From Eledone cirrhosa (Eukaryota): DNA of 64,000 nucleotides. This document shows, in pieces, positions 39,953 through 52,888 of the stretch. Below the pieces are notes generated by a model. That model ran no database searches. It was not told the origin of the DNA and was given only the letters and a program-made list of their open reading frames with translations. The stretch spans positions 353,834,001 through 353,898,000 of the forward strand of contig OZ024742.1 of NCBI GenBank assembly GCA_964016885.1, read 5' to 3'. The position numbers and the translations under genes were made by a program. The first letter of the stretch is position 1. Each line of letters opens with the position of its first letter.

Positions 39953-41473
39953 TGTTACTATAGACTTCCCTTCCAAACACCCTAACAATAGACTTACTGT
40001 ATTAGACACAGAACTCTGGATTAACACTATAGACGAGAGAGCCCAAATTCTCCACTCACACTATGCTAAACCCATGGCCTCCAAATAGCTGATACTCAAA
40101 ACTCAGCAATGTCCAGTAGTGCTAAGTTTAATATTCTGATCGCAGATTTGGTACGAGTGAGGAAGAATGTGTCCCGCATGTGCGACCCAACAGAAATGGA
40201 CAGACACATCCAACACTTCATCAACCGCATGCAGTTCTCTGGCTACAACCAAAGAGACATAGTCAGAGTATACGAAGGAGCCATGGAGAAGTATAAGACC
40301 CTCATAGAACTGGACATGAAAGGAATTTGCCCATTATACAGCAGCAAATGATGGAATAGCTTATATAGGGCTAGACATAAGATAGGGAAAGCCACCTCAT
40401 GGTACATAAACCAGAGATACCAGTGTGTCATGTTTGTGGACGCTACCCCTGGAGGGAGATTAGCTAACCAGTGTAGAAAGGCCCTGAGAAAAACCCACTT
40501 AAAAATTAAGGTGGTAGAAAAGCCAGGAACCACCATAAAATCCCTGATCAGCAAAACCTACCCTTTTAAGAAAACCCATTGCACCAATAGGAAATGTATC
40601 ATATGTAAGGTAAACCCCCGGATAAACTGTAAAACTAGAAACGTAGTCTATAGCATAAGATGTACAGAGGGTACTTGCAGAAACATGACAACAACATACA
40701 TAGGTGAGACAGCTCGTAGCATAGGTGAAAGGATAGACCAACACTGGGGGGAACTAAAAGTACGAAAAAACGGGTCAGTACTATACGAACATGCTAGACA
40801 ACAACATGACGGTAACATAGACAACATAGGAATTAGAATAATATCTAAACATAGAAATGACCCAGCAGATAGGCAAATCAGAGAGGCCAGTAAAGTAGAA
40901 ATTAGAAGATCGACACTAAACAGAAAGTTTGATTGGAATAACAACAACACCCAAACAAACAACACTGACCTAACAAAGTATAAATAAGTAAATTTAATAA
41001 AATAAATAAATAAATAAATGAATAAATACATACACAAGCACAATAACAACAAACACATAAACAGACACTAGTCACCCATCCCACAGCAAACAAAACAATA
41101 TACACACACGCAAACGCATGCACAAAGAAGACAAAATAAAATGAACAAACAAGCAAATAAATAAATAAATATATAGACACACTGAATAAAAATGGCGTAG
41201 ACATACAATACAACAGGAGGAAAAGATAGCACCATTGACGATGTTGCAGATGTGCAACGAAAGATTTATGATAAACTATATATATGTGTTTGTGTCTATA
41301 TTGCATCTGTATTATTTTAGACCGTCGGTCAGTTAATGACAACATTGAGGACCGAGTAAGTTAGATTACCGATTTAAAAGACACAGAAGCGAGAAGTGAA
41401 AACCAACCAAACAGTGAGTGTGGTCTGTTATTAATTCTGGCAATATTACACAAATATGACCCTCCCCAAGTAT

Positions 41474-41480
<7 letters not shown>
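39953..41480 (+). mobile_element. 5'-truncated PLE family B (thumb, Cys linker, GIY-YIG, pLTR)
   Basis: Collinear with about 15100-16600. ORF 40430-40987 has CTNRKCIIC...VVYSIRC...YIGETAR. Ends ATGACCCTCCCCAAGTATAACAATA. Confidence 0.93.
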
Positions 41481-41536
<56 letters not shown>

Positions 41537-41541
<5 letters not shown>

Positions 41542-42559
41542 GTAAGTATGCATGTATACGTACATACATATATGTATACAGACGTACAGTAGCATGCACA
41601 TATATATATATATACATATATATATACATATGCATACAGGTACACATACATATATGCACGTATCAGTTTAGCGGCGCTAACATCGCTTTGTTCGTTTGTA
41701 AACAAACTGAACAGCCTGAATTTATGCCATACGGTGTTAAGGCAACCACGTCACCTTTTTGTTTAACACTGACACAGGAACGATGTACTAGTTTCAAGCT
41801 TGTTAGTGTTGAACAAAAAGGTGACGTGGTTGCCTTAACACCGTATGGCATAAATTCAGGCTGTTCAGTTTGTTTACAAACGAACAAAGTGACGTTAGCG
41901 CCGCTAAACTGATACGTGCATATATGTATGTGTACCTGTATGCATATGTATATATATATGTATATATATATATATATGTGCATGCTACTGTACGTCTGTA
42001 TACATATATGTATGTACGTATACATGCATACTTACATTTAAGTAAGTGCCATACTAAGAGTGAGAAATGAAATTTCGTTTTCATTTTGTTTCAATTTATC
42101 GTTTTCGGTATGCCTGACCGATTTAACTCACTCAATATGCAAATTAGGCTGCTCAGCCGTTAATTTTCATAAGGAAAGTATATACTTTCGAACGTTCAAC
42201 TATCTGGCAGATGGGTAAACGGTGCTGATGATAGCTAACAAGCTTGAAACTAGTACATCGTTCCTGTGTCAGTGTTGAACAAAAAGGTGACGTGGTTGCC
42301 TTAACACCGTATGGCATAAATTCAGGCTGTTCAGTTTGTTTACAAACGAACAAAGCGACGTTAGCGCCGCTAAACTGATACGTGCATATATGTATGTGTA
42401 CCTGTATGCATATGTATATATATATGTATATATATATATATATGTGCATGCTACTGTACGTCTGTATACATATATGTATGTACGTATACATGCATACTTA
42501 CATTTAAGTAAGTGCCATACTAAGAGTGAGAAATGAAATTTCGTTTTCATTTTGTTTCA

Positions 42560-42564
<5 letters not shown>
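41537..42564 (+). mobile_element. Family R: 466-bp tandem (about 1.6 units) plus inverted partial unit
   Basis: 41806-42098 repeats at 42272-42564. 41537-41806 is a reverse-complement partial unit. Confidence 0.88.
42220..42260 (+). ncRNA. Minimal type I hammerhead ribozyme, family R
   Basis: CGGTG-CTGATGA-T-AGCT-AACA-AGCT-T-GAAA-CTAG-TA-CATCG. Confidence 0.88.
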
Positions 42565-42622
<58 letters not shown>

Positions 42623-42627
42623 TATAT

Positions 42628-43916
42628 TATTAGAAAGTGAGTTTTTTTTTACAAAATGAAAAATAACCGAGGTGTCCTACACGAGTGAAAGTATAAAGAA
42701 AAAAAGATGTAATCGAAAATGGAAACTGGTGTCTTATTTAAAAAATTATATATATATTTATTTGGTTCCTTTACAGGTTTCGCAGTTCTTCTGGTTTTCA
42801 AAACTAGAGTTGAGATGGAGGGTCTGTGGTTCTACTCACATCTGGTTGGTCTCTGAATGTTACTTGTTTTATATGGAAAAAGTGGCTCGTAATGCCAGGT
42901 TTTTCGAGAAGTAATTTGATTGGTTGGTCAATAATTATATTAAATTTCGCGCCAGTTCGTGTTACAAAGTTCTTCAAACAAGGGGGGGGGGTTGTCACAG
43001 GTTGTTGTTTCATATATGAGTGTTTGAATTTCTTTTTACTTTAAAAAAAAAGGGGGGGTTTCACGAAGGTTTTTTTTTAATAAACATAATTTGATTGGTT
43101 ATAAATGAAATTATGGCAGTCACGTGAACAAGTTTTCATTAAATGTTCGCGCCCTTATTTGGAAATTTATTCTGTAGCCTTTTTAGAGAATTTTATGACA
43201 AGTAAAAGATAATGTCAAGAGAAATTGGATGGCAGAATTGTTCTGGTTGAGTGAATATGGTTAGTTCGCTGGGGTGTCAGAATTCAGATTTTCTATTGAA
43301 TAAAGAATGTAAATATATGTATGTTTATTTGTGTTCTTGCGTGTGTGTGTGTTTGTGTGCTTGTGTGTGTATGTGTGTTGTGTGTGTGTGTTTGAATTTG
43401 TTTTTACTTAAAAAATGGGCTCACGAAGGCTTTTTTTAATAAACGTAATTTGATTGGTTTTAAATGAAATTATGGCTGTCACGTGTACAAGTTTTCATTA
43501 AATGTGCGCGCCCTTATTTGGAAATCTATTTTGTTTATTTAAAAAAAGCATACGTGAGCCCCCTTTTTTTAATAGTAAAAGGAAATTCAAACACTCATAT
43601 ATGAAAAAACAACATGTGACCCCCCCCCCCTCTTGTTTGAAAAAACTTTATAACGCTATCTGGCGCGAAATGTATTATACTTATTGACCAAGCAATCAAA
43701 TTATTTCTCGAAAAACCTGGCAATTCGAGCCACTTTTTCCTTATAAAACAAGTAACATTCAGTGACCATCCAGATGTGAGTAAAACCACAGAACCTCCAT
43801 CACAACTCTACTTTTGAAAAGCAGAAGAACTGCGAAACCTGTAAAGGAGCCAAATAAATATATATATATTTTTTTAAGATAAAACTCCAGTTGCATTTTC
43901 GATTTCATCTATTTTT

Positions 43917-43922
<6 letters not shown>
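42628..43922 (-). mobile_element. ORF-less family M element with inverted arm (PLE-type architecture)
   Basis: About 42692-43085 is the reverse complement of about 43535-43922. A one-sided tail occupies 42628-42691. Internal subrepeat. HHR in each arm. Confidence 0.75.
43811..43846 (+). ncRNA. Hammerhead with U3-A8 core, family M
   Basis: CTT-TTGAAAA-GCAG-AAGAA-CTGC-GAAA-CCTG-TA-AAG, then AATAAA. Confidence 0.7.
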
Positions 43923-43968
<46 letters not shown>

Positions 43969-43972
<4 letters not shown>

Positions 43973-44542
43973 ATAATAATAAATTTGAAGACTAAAATCC
44001 AAAGAGGGCTCGATAAGGATAAATATATATCAAATATATAAGAACCGTAGAGCAAATATTTATTAAAATAACACATTAAAGTTTAAGCAAAGAATCGCTG
44101 CTTTCACCCTTAACGGGATCTTCTGAAATTAACAAAGTCAATCTGTAAACGCAGAACTGTATATTTCAAAAAACGTTGCAACCAGAGGAAGATAGGAAGA
44201 CGATACTTTAGTTCGTGGAAACGTTCGCTGGCAAAGAACGGGAAAAAACGAATATAATACATCATTAATAGGAGCGGTGAAAAACAATTACGCGCAAAGA
44301 CAGAACCACGTATATGATATAAAAGAGGTCGTAGACTAATGTATTATATTTGTTTTTTCCCGTTCTTTGCCAGCGAACGTTCCCACGAACCAAAGTATCG
44401 TCTTCCTGTCTTCCTCCTGTTGCGACGTTTTTTGAAATATCCACTTCTGCGTTTACAGATTGACTTTGTTAGTTTCAGAAGATCCCGTTAAGGGTGAAAG
44501 CAGCGATTCTTTGCCTAAACTGTAATCTGTTATTTTAATAAA
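43969..44542 (-). mobile_element. PLE family F pLTR with inversion
   Basis: About 44060-44250 is the reverse complement of about 44350-44542. A4-variant HHRs at about 44079-44129 (-) and 44471-44521 (+). Confidence 0.85.
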
Positions 44543-44563
44543 TATATATATATATATATATAT

Positions 44564-44747
44564 ATAGGAACGAGTAGGACTCCGACGGCTGAGCTCAAGC
44601 CGTTTCCACGGCTAATTCTGGACGTCTAAACGGCTTGAGCTCAGCAGTCGGGGTCCTACTCGTTCCTATTACCCACTCTACCACCCTAAGTATTGAGCAC
44701 TTTCGTGCATCATGGTCCACCTGGTTCCTTACCACATTTCCTCCGTT
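44564..44747 (+). repeat. Short GC-rich element starting with a roughly 43-bp-arm inverted repeat
   Basis: ATAGGAACGAGTAGGACTCCGACGGCTGAGCTCAAGCCGTTT / AAACGGCTTGAGCTCAGCAGTCGGGGTCCTACTCGTTCCTAT. Related fragment at 16961-17003. Confidence 0.7.
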
Positions 44748-44754
44748 ATATATA

Positions 44755-47700
44755 TATAAGTTATATTTAATTTGTTGGGAGTCCAACAAAGTTAAAATTT
44801 TTTATCTGATATAGTGCACTCAAAGGACTGGAGTAAAATCTCAATATATTAATAAATGGAAACTATATTTATAATACCATAATTATTTCATTATATATAT
44901 TTCAAGGTCAACCAAGGCAATCTTAGTGCGCTTTCATCAGATAAAATACAAAATTGTTTCATAAATAGTTACATAACCATAGAAAACAACCTCGGCGGTT
45001 GAAAATTCGCTGGATAGTGAACACTTATTAAGTATAATTCAAAGTTATGTGTGAATATGCAAATGAATGTCCGAATAATTGAAATATTAGAACAGTTTAT
45101 TTAAATTATGCTGTGGGAAGAAGAGAGAGAAAAGAAAATATTAGTATATGTAGAAATAGAATGAAGTAATACAGCGAAGAAAGAAGCTTATCCGAGCATG
45201 AGTTCATATAACGTAAATAAGTCTATGTTTATGTTACATATTTATGTTACGTGTATTTACTAATAATTGTTAGAATTCTATTATAATAAATATTTATTTA
45301 CTATTATAAAAATATAGAAAATTAGATATATGGAAAAAAATAAAGATATATTAAAAAATACAGATCTATTAAAATATATTAAAAAATAGATTTAAAATAA
45401 ATATGAAGTAGAAGCATAGGATAAAATATATATATAAGGATAGCTATATGAGTGCATAGATGGATATATCATGTTATAAATGATACATCATGAAGGAAAC
45501 TAGTTTATATTTAGTGTAAGTATTTAAATTAAATTAAATTAACTGAGTTAATAAGATTACTTATATCTTTCTAATGTTTTACATTGGAAAAATATTGAAA
45601 ATCCCAGTTTTGTTTATATATCAGTTATTATGAGATAATTTTGACAAAGATATGTTTAAAGTTACATTCAGCCAGTATTAGTTATTGGTTATAACTCTAA
45701 TATTAAATAATTAAAAAATTAAAAGTTTTTAAATGTATTAGAAAATATTAAACCATTTAAAAATTAAGATCATAAAATATGAAAAATTCTAGTCAAGGTT
45801 CTTGAAAATTCCTGGAAAGACTTTCAAAGAGATGTTTAAAAGATCTTAAAAAGACTCCGAAGATACTGAAAAACTTTTTTAAAACATTTCAAAAGTGTTT
45901 AAAATTAATTAAAAACATAAAATTATTCAGGAAATATAATTAAATACCTAACATCATTCATAAAATATAAAGAAATATTAAGAAACGATATTAAGAAATA
46001 TTTAAAAATACTTTAAAATATTTAAAAATATTTAATATATTAGAAAAACACTAAAAAATATAGAAAAAATATTAAGATAACCCAAATAATCCTTAAAAAA
46101 TAGTCTTTTGGGAAATAAGTAATTTTTTTTATAATTTAAATAATTTTTCTAAAAAGATTATGAGATATTTTGTAAGTAAGATAAATAAAGATAAAAAATA
46201 TAGATATTTAAGAAGTAATAATATTAATAAGTAAAGATTTAAGAAGTAAATTATAAATATTTAATAAGTAAAAGATATTAAAATTAGAATTACATTAAAT
46301 TTAAATTTAAAGATTTATAATTTATGAACATATATGCATATCATTTAAGAAATGAAATTATAGGTGTTTGGATAAAGTAAACGTTATGTAGAAAAGATTA
46401 AAAGTGTAATTATATATTATTCATAGATCTAAAAGTTGAGTTTTGTCGATGTTTACAAGAACTAAATAAATTGTTACTTAAATTAATGCAGTTCTTACAT
46501 TTAAGTATGAAGAACATTTCCTCTACACACAATTTGCAAAATGTGGATAAAGCAGTGTTATTGTAAGCGGTTGCTGCGGAAATTATATTCCAAGTTAAAG
46601 AATAGTCTCTATTATGGGATTTTAAGTTCCATATCAAGTTTGATAGAGAAGTTGAAGATTTTTTAGCAATATTATTAAACGAGCATTTATGGTTATTGAA
46701 ACGAGATTTAAAGTCTGTATGTAGAAGTTGAGCCAACATAGTTAAAAGTATTATCATTTGTTTTGACATTGCATTTATACACCACATTTTTAACTAAACA
46801 TATTTTTTAAACGACAGTTAGATTTAATTCCACAATTACATTTATCAGAGTTTATATTATTCGGAACAGTATTATTATATTGGTTATTGCGAGAGGCATT
46901 AGTGCTATTCTGGTTAAGCTTTAGATTTCTATTATCGATTCTATTTATATTTTGTGCTAGGTTCATAGTAGTAGAGTAAGATAGTTTAATTATATATCTG
47001 TTAAAGATTGAGTAATGTCTATGGGCCTTGGGAAAATATTTATCAAGAGATTTTAAAAATAGTTTAGCTAAAGTTGTTTTAATACTTAGTGAAAATGGAG
47101 GAGCATACCAGATTATGTTTCTAGTTCTACTTATTCTGTTAGTTTTAGAGTTTATGCTAGGTTTCTTATTATAATTATAATTAATATTATAGTTAATTGC
47201 ATTATCATTGTTGTCGATGTATTTAATTTCATTTATATAGCCAGATCTACTTAAATCTTCGTTATAATAGTGTGCCTCATCTTCAAATATATTTTTATTC
47301 TATGAGATTCGAAAAATACGTTGTTGTACAGAATCAACGATAGTGTTCTTAATGGATCTATGATGATTAGAGTTGAAGCTAACATAGTTTAAGTTATCAT
47401 TAATTTTATGGAATGGATAGTATAGCCCAGTATATAGGTTTAATATTACGTCTAAAAAGTTTACAATTTTATAATTATTCTCTATTTCTAACTTAAGATT
47501 ATAAGTATTAACAAATTGTATTATTGATTTTTTTTTTCTATTGATTTCACAATTATGATTATTTTCAATTAACAGCAGCATATCAAAATTACGATATAAA
47601 CCACCGGTCATCTCCGGTAGTTTTCTATGTAGTGTATTGTTAATAAAAAGCCCCACAAGATCTGTTATTTATGCCGAGTCTGATGACCCCATATTGATAT

Positions 47701-48978
47701 CGAAATTATTATCTCTATCTGATCGGTTCAAAGATGGCTGTTGAATTTAATTAAGGTTTTCCGTGCTGTTAAAAAAATATACATTTCATCATTAGATAAA
47801 TCAGTATATTTAGATGCGTAGCTTTATTAAGTAAATTAGGAGTTAATATTTCATAATATTTCTTTATATTTTCTGAATAATTTTAGGTTTTCTATTATAT
47901 TTCCTGAATAAATTTAGGTTTTTAATTAATTTTAAACACTTTTGAAATGTTTTTAAAAGGTTTTTCAGTATCTCCAAAGTTTCTTTGAAATCTTTTAAAG
48001 TCTCTTTGAAAGTTTTACCAGGAACTTTCAAGAATATTTTTAATATTTTATAATCTTAATTTTTAAATGGTTTTAATATTTTCTTATACATTTAATAATT
48101 TTTAATTTGTTTATTATATAATATTAGAGTTATAACCAATAACTGACTCTGGCTAAATATATCTTTAAACATATATTTGTCAAAATTATCTGATAATAAC
48201 TGATAAATAAACAAAATTGTGATATTCAATATTTTTCGAATGTAAAACATTAAACACATATAAGTAATCTTATTAACTCAGTTAATTTTATTTAATTTAA
48301 ATGCGTACACTAAATATAAACTATTATCCCTCATAACGTATCATCTATAATATGATATACCCATATATCCACTCATATATCTATCCTTATATATATCCTT
48401 ATATCTATATATTATCCTATGCTTCTACTTCATATTTATTTAAAATCTATTTTTTAATATATTTTAATATATTTTAATATATCTTTATTTTTTTAATATA
48501 TCTTTATTTTTTAATATATCTAATTTTCTTAATTACTTATAATAGTAAATACATATTTATTATGATAGAATTCTAACGATTATTAGTAAATATAGGTAAC
48601 ATAAATGTCTAACATAAACTTAAGACTTATTTACTTTATATGATCTCATCCTCGTATAGGCTTCTCTCTTCGCTCTTTCTTCACTCTATTTCTACATATA
48701 CAAATATTTTCTTTTCTCTCTCTTCTTCCGACAGCGTAAGTTAAATAGACGGTTGTTTTTTTTCAATTTTTCTGACATTCATTTGCATATTCACACAGAA
48801 TTTTGAATTACCCTTAATAAATGTTCACTAACCAGCGAATTTTCAACCGTCAAGGTTGTTTTCCATAGTTATGTAACTAATTACAAAACATATTTTGTAT
48901 TTTATCTGATGAAAGCGCACCAAGATTGCCTTATAAAATAATTATAGTTTTATAAATATAGTTTCCATTTATTAATAT

Positions 48979-48982
<4 letters not shown>
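44755..48982 (-). mobile_element. PLE family D (RT C-half, GIY-YIG, 1.6-kb 3' UTR) with inverted arm
   Basis: Minus strand VNFLDVILNL..G.YYPFHK...SNH, FKSRFNNH, CKLCVEE. About 47850-48982 is the reverse complement of about 44840-45980. Confidence 0.9.
44884..44948 (-). ncRNA. Type I hammerhead ribozyme, family D
   Basis: Minus strand TATTTTAT-CTGATGA-AAG...CTT-GAAA-TATATA-TA-ATGAAATA. Confidence 0.82.
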
Positions 48983-49054
<72 letters not shown>

Positions 49055-49059
49055 TATAA

Positions 49060-50890
49060 TTAATAATAATAAATTTCACGACTAAAATCCAAAGAGGGCT
49101 CGGAAAGGATAAATATATATCAAATATATAAGAACCGTAGAGCAAATATTTATTAAAATAACAGATTAAAGTTTAAGCAAAGAATCGCTGCTTTCACCCT
49201 TAACGGGATCTTCTGAAATTGACAAAGTCAATCTATAAACGCAGACGTGGATATTTCAAAAAACGTTGCAACCGGAGGAAGACAGGAAGACGATACTTTG
49301 GTTCGTGGAAACGTTCGCTGGCAAAGAACGGGAAAAAACGAATAAGATACGTCATTAATGGGAGCGGAGAAAAACAATTACGCGCAAAGACAGAACCACG
49401 TGTATGGTATAAAAGATGTCGTAGACTAATGTTCTCTGAGGTGGTTCATAGAGACGTTCTCTGGCAATGAACGAAAAAAACGAAGATAATACGTCATATG
49501 TGGAGCGTGGAGAACAATAGCACGCAAAGACAAAACCACGTAAATGGTATAGCAGAAGTCGTAGACTAAAATTCTAACTAGGAGACCGAATGAATCTCCG
49601 CTACAGAGTTAAGAACAAAGTAAATAAATACAATACAGAAGTAATAGAAATAAATAAATACATACACGCAAACAAATACGTACAATCACAAGCATACGCA
49701 AAACATTTACCATAGGTATACAAAACCACGCACATATAAATATGTGTGGCGTGTATACGTGTATACAAATAAATAAATAAATAATTATATAAACGTATAT
49801 ACATAAATAAATAAATACGTAAATAACAAGCGCACACACATACCTACATGTAAAAACACGAATGTTCGGAGACGTAAGTCAACCAAAATATGAAGTACAC
49901 ATATACACATACCCTACATACGTATGAACCTGCATATTCACACAGACGCAAAACTCCCGTATACACATAGCCAAACCATAAGTACCAGAATAAAAAAAAT
50001 AAAAAAAGTTTATACGCCATAACATAAGCAATCAAATATACGTACGAGAAGGTATACGTACCTTCACGAAACATACGGGTAATAAATACTTACCTATGCA
50101 AATAAGTAATTGTATAAACAAAACATATACTTAGCTCCCACATCAAGACGTAAAACACCCACGTATAGATCGTAATATCCGTTAGGGTATAACGTGGGGC
50201 TGTAATACAGGAAGGTTTTGTGCAATTTATGTTTACAAGCCGAAACTGCTTCAGATTTTTTGTTTAAGATGTGGTCTGTGGCGTAGAGTATTTCCAGGGC
50301 CTCAGCGGCGCAGAGGTCACAATGTCTTTTATTTCCGTTATACGATCTAGCCCTAGCTAGGATATCCCAGTGTAACTTATATTGAGTGTCGTTGTCTTTT
50401 AGACTCCAGATATAAGCTGAAAGTGACGTCATATTCCTTCTTAGAGGGTAACGAAAAGAATGGGTATGCGTGTAAAGACGCTGCTTGAATCTGTGTTACG
50501 GTTTTGTCTTTGCGTGCTATTGTTCTCCACGGTCCACATATGACGTATTATCTTAGGTTTTTTTCGTTCGTTGCCAGAGAACGTCTCTATGAACCAACTA
50601 AGAGAACATTAGTCTACGACCTCTTTTATACCATAAACGTGGTTCTGTCTTTGCGCGTAATTGTTTTTCACCGCTCCTATCAATGACGTATCTTATTCGA
50701 TTTTCCCCGTTCTTTGCCAGCGAACGTCACCACGAACCAAAGTATCGTCTTCCTGTCTTCCTCCGGTTGAAACGTTTTTTTAAATATCCACTTCTACGTT
50801 TACATATTGACTTTGTTAGTTTCAAAAGATCCCGTTAAGGGCGAAAGCAGCGATTCTTTGCTTAAACTTTAATCTGTTATTTTAATAAAT
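49060..50890 (-). mobile_element. PLE family F, 5'-truncated (GIY-YIG C-half + 3' UTR) with inverted arm 50490-50890
   Basis: Minus strand FKQRLYTH...TSLSAYIWSLK...CDLCAAEALEI...NKKSE..SACKH. HHR at about 49170-49220 (-) and 50818-50868 (+). Confidence 0.9.
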
Positions 50891-50912
50891 ATATGTATAT
50901 ATATATATATAC

Positions 50913-51019
<107 letters not shown>

Positions 51020-51029
51020 CATATATATC

Positions 51030-51435
51030 TAGGGCGGGTAAAATTCCCGAGATCTATGGACGAGTTCTCTCTAGTGGTATCTGTCTCTCATTATCGCTTC
51101 CATGTCCTGCCTCTCCAAGAGACCAGTGTCTGTCCTCAGGGTATCAACATATGTCAACATTGGTCTTCCTCTTCCAGGGTGTCCATGTAAGGGCTGCCAG
51201 AGGAGCATTGAGTGCAGTGTCATCTCTGGATGTCGGTGAGCATGTTCAGCTAACCTCAGTGTCCTCTGTGCTACTCTCACGCTGACCTTTGGGAGGTTCC
51301 CGTACAGATCTGAGTTCTGCGTCCTCAGTGTATACTGATTAATGTTCAAACACATCCACAGAATTCTTGCGTAGCAATCATCCATCATCTGAGTGACTTT
51401 GTTGGTCAGTGTCCAAGTTTCAGAGCCGTACAACG
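51030..51435 (-). mobile_element. RTE-clade LINE 3' fragment
   Basis: YGSETWTLT...RLAEHAHRH...LLWQP..G...RGRP.LTYVD is a typical RTE C-terminus. Confidence 0.85.
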
Positions 51436-51682
51436 GCTACAAATGTCAATTTTTGCTTGTATAATGCCCCAAACAACTTTACTGAATCTCAAGAAACAAT
51501 ATTGGAAATGTCACCCACAAAATGAGATTTTGTTATAATATTAATATATTATAATACTTCCCTGATTCCATAATAATTTGTTAATCTATTAATGTCTTCT
51601 CCATGTATTGAGATACCTACGTATTGTAGACTGTTAAATCTTTTGAGTTATAAATTGCTATATTTATATATATATATATATA

Positions 51683-51910
51683 TTGCATCAATTATATGTA
51701 CGGCCACAATGGCTCCATAATAATTCTATATGTGATATATATAGAGTCAGTATGGTACACATCGCCGCAGGAGCTAACCGGATATAGCATTATATATATA
51801 TTGCATCAATTATATGTACGGCCACAATGGCTCTATAATAATTCTATATGTGATATATATAGAGTCAGTATGGTACACATCGCCGCAGGAGCTAACCGGA
51901 TATAGCATTA
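51683..51910. repeat. Two-copy tandem repeat, 118-bp period, TA spacer
   Basis: TTGCATCAATT...GGATATAGCATTA at 51683 and 51801. Confidence 0.9.
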
Positions 51911-52352
51911 TGAAAATAACTAATCTTATTATTTTAGAGAAGTACCGATATGTTCACCACAAGAGATAAGGAAATTCGTTCACGTATATTACTCATCGTC
52001 ATTATGTCTTACATATCCCTCGCGTCTCAAGAATAATCCATTAGATTTATGTTAAGTTACTCTATGCACTGCAATAGAAATGTAAATATGTTCAGAACTG
52101 AGTGCATATGTTTATTGTTTCAAAATGCATGCATCGTGTAATTGCTGAGGTGCAAAAAAGTTGCCCCACATGCAATCAATCTTAAGTTTCAGGCAGTGTT
52201 CTCCTGATTGATGTTTGCGTAAAACTAGAATGACACTAATATATTTATAGCAAAAACTAAATAATCCTCATTTCTAGAATGTAGATACTATTAGTTTTTT
52301 TTTCTCATTGACCTTTGTGAGACCTTCAACTTTTCGTTATCAGATGTGGACA

Positions 52353-52406
<54 letters not shown>

Positions 52407-52449
52407 TGTATATATATATATAAATATATATATATAAATTGTTGGCTAT

Positions 52450-52504
<55 letters not shown>

Positions 52505-52547
52505 TATTTATATATATATATATAAATATATATATATATATTGTTTG

Positions 52548-52587
<40 letters not shown>

Positions 52588-52589
<2 letters not shown>

Positions 52590-52662
52590 GGTTAAGATTC
52601 AGTCATGGTACTGACTACCATGACTGAATCTTAACCATCTTCTATGTGAGGGTATGTCATGC

Positions 52663-52665
<3 letters not shown>
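52588..52665. repeat. Mini-palindrome derived from a family-E-like pLTR
   Basis: TGGTTAAGATTCAGTCATGGTA / TACCATGACTGAATCTTAACCA. Resembles 56720-56772. Confidence 0.7.
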
Positions 52666-52731
<66 letters not shown>

Positions 52732-52834
52732 GAGTGAAACAAGATTCAATGAGTATATAATAAGAATGATTATCCATAGTTATTAATAATAAAATACAAA
52801 TATTAATAAAATAGATGTTCTTTTTATCAATTAA

Positions 52835-52888
52835 ATTGTATTATACATATTTCGGATGTACCACAGTACGTCCTCATCAGACAAAATA
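52835..52888 (-). ncRNA. Type I hammerhead ribozyme, family E
   Basis: Minus strand ATTTTGT-CTGATGA-GGACGTAC-TGTG-GTACATCC-GAAA-TATGTA-TA-ATACAAT. Confidence 0.85.

Noticed and set aside
51683-51910. CRISPR-like or other spacer array
   Set aside because: Only two copies, no unique spacers, eukaryotic context.
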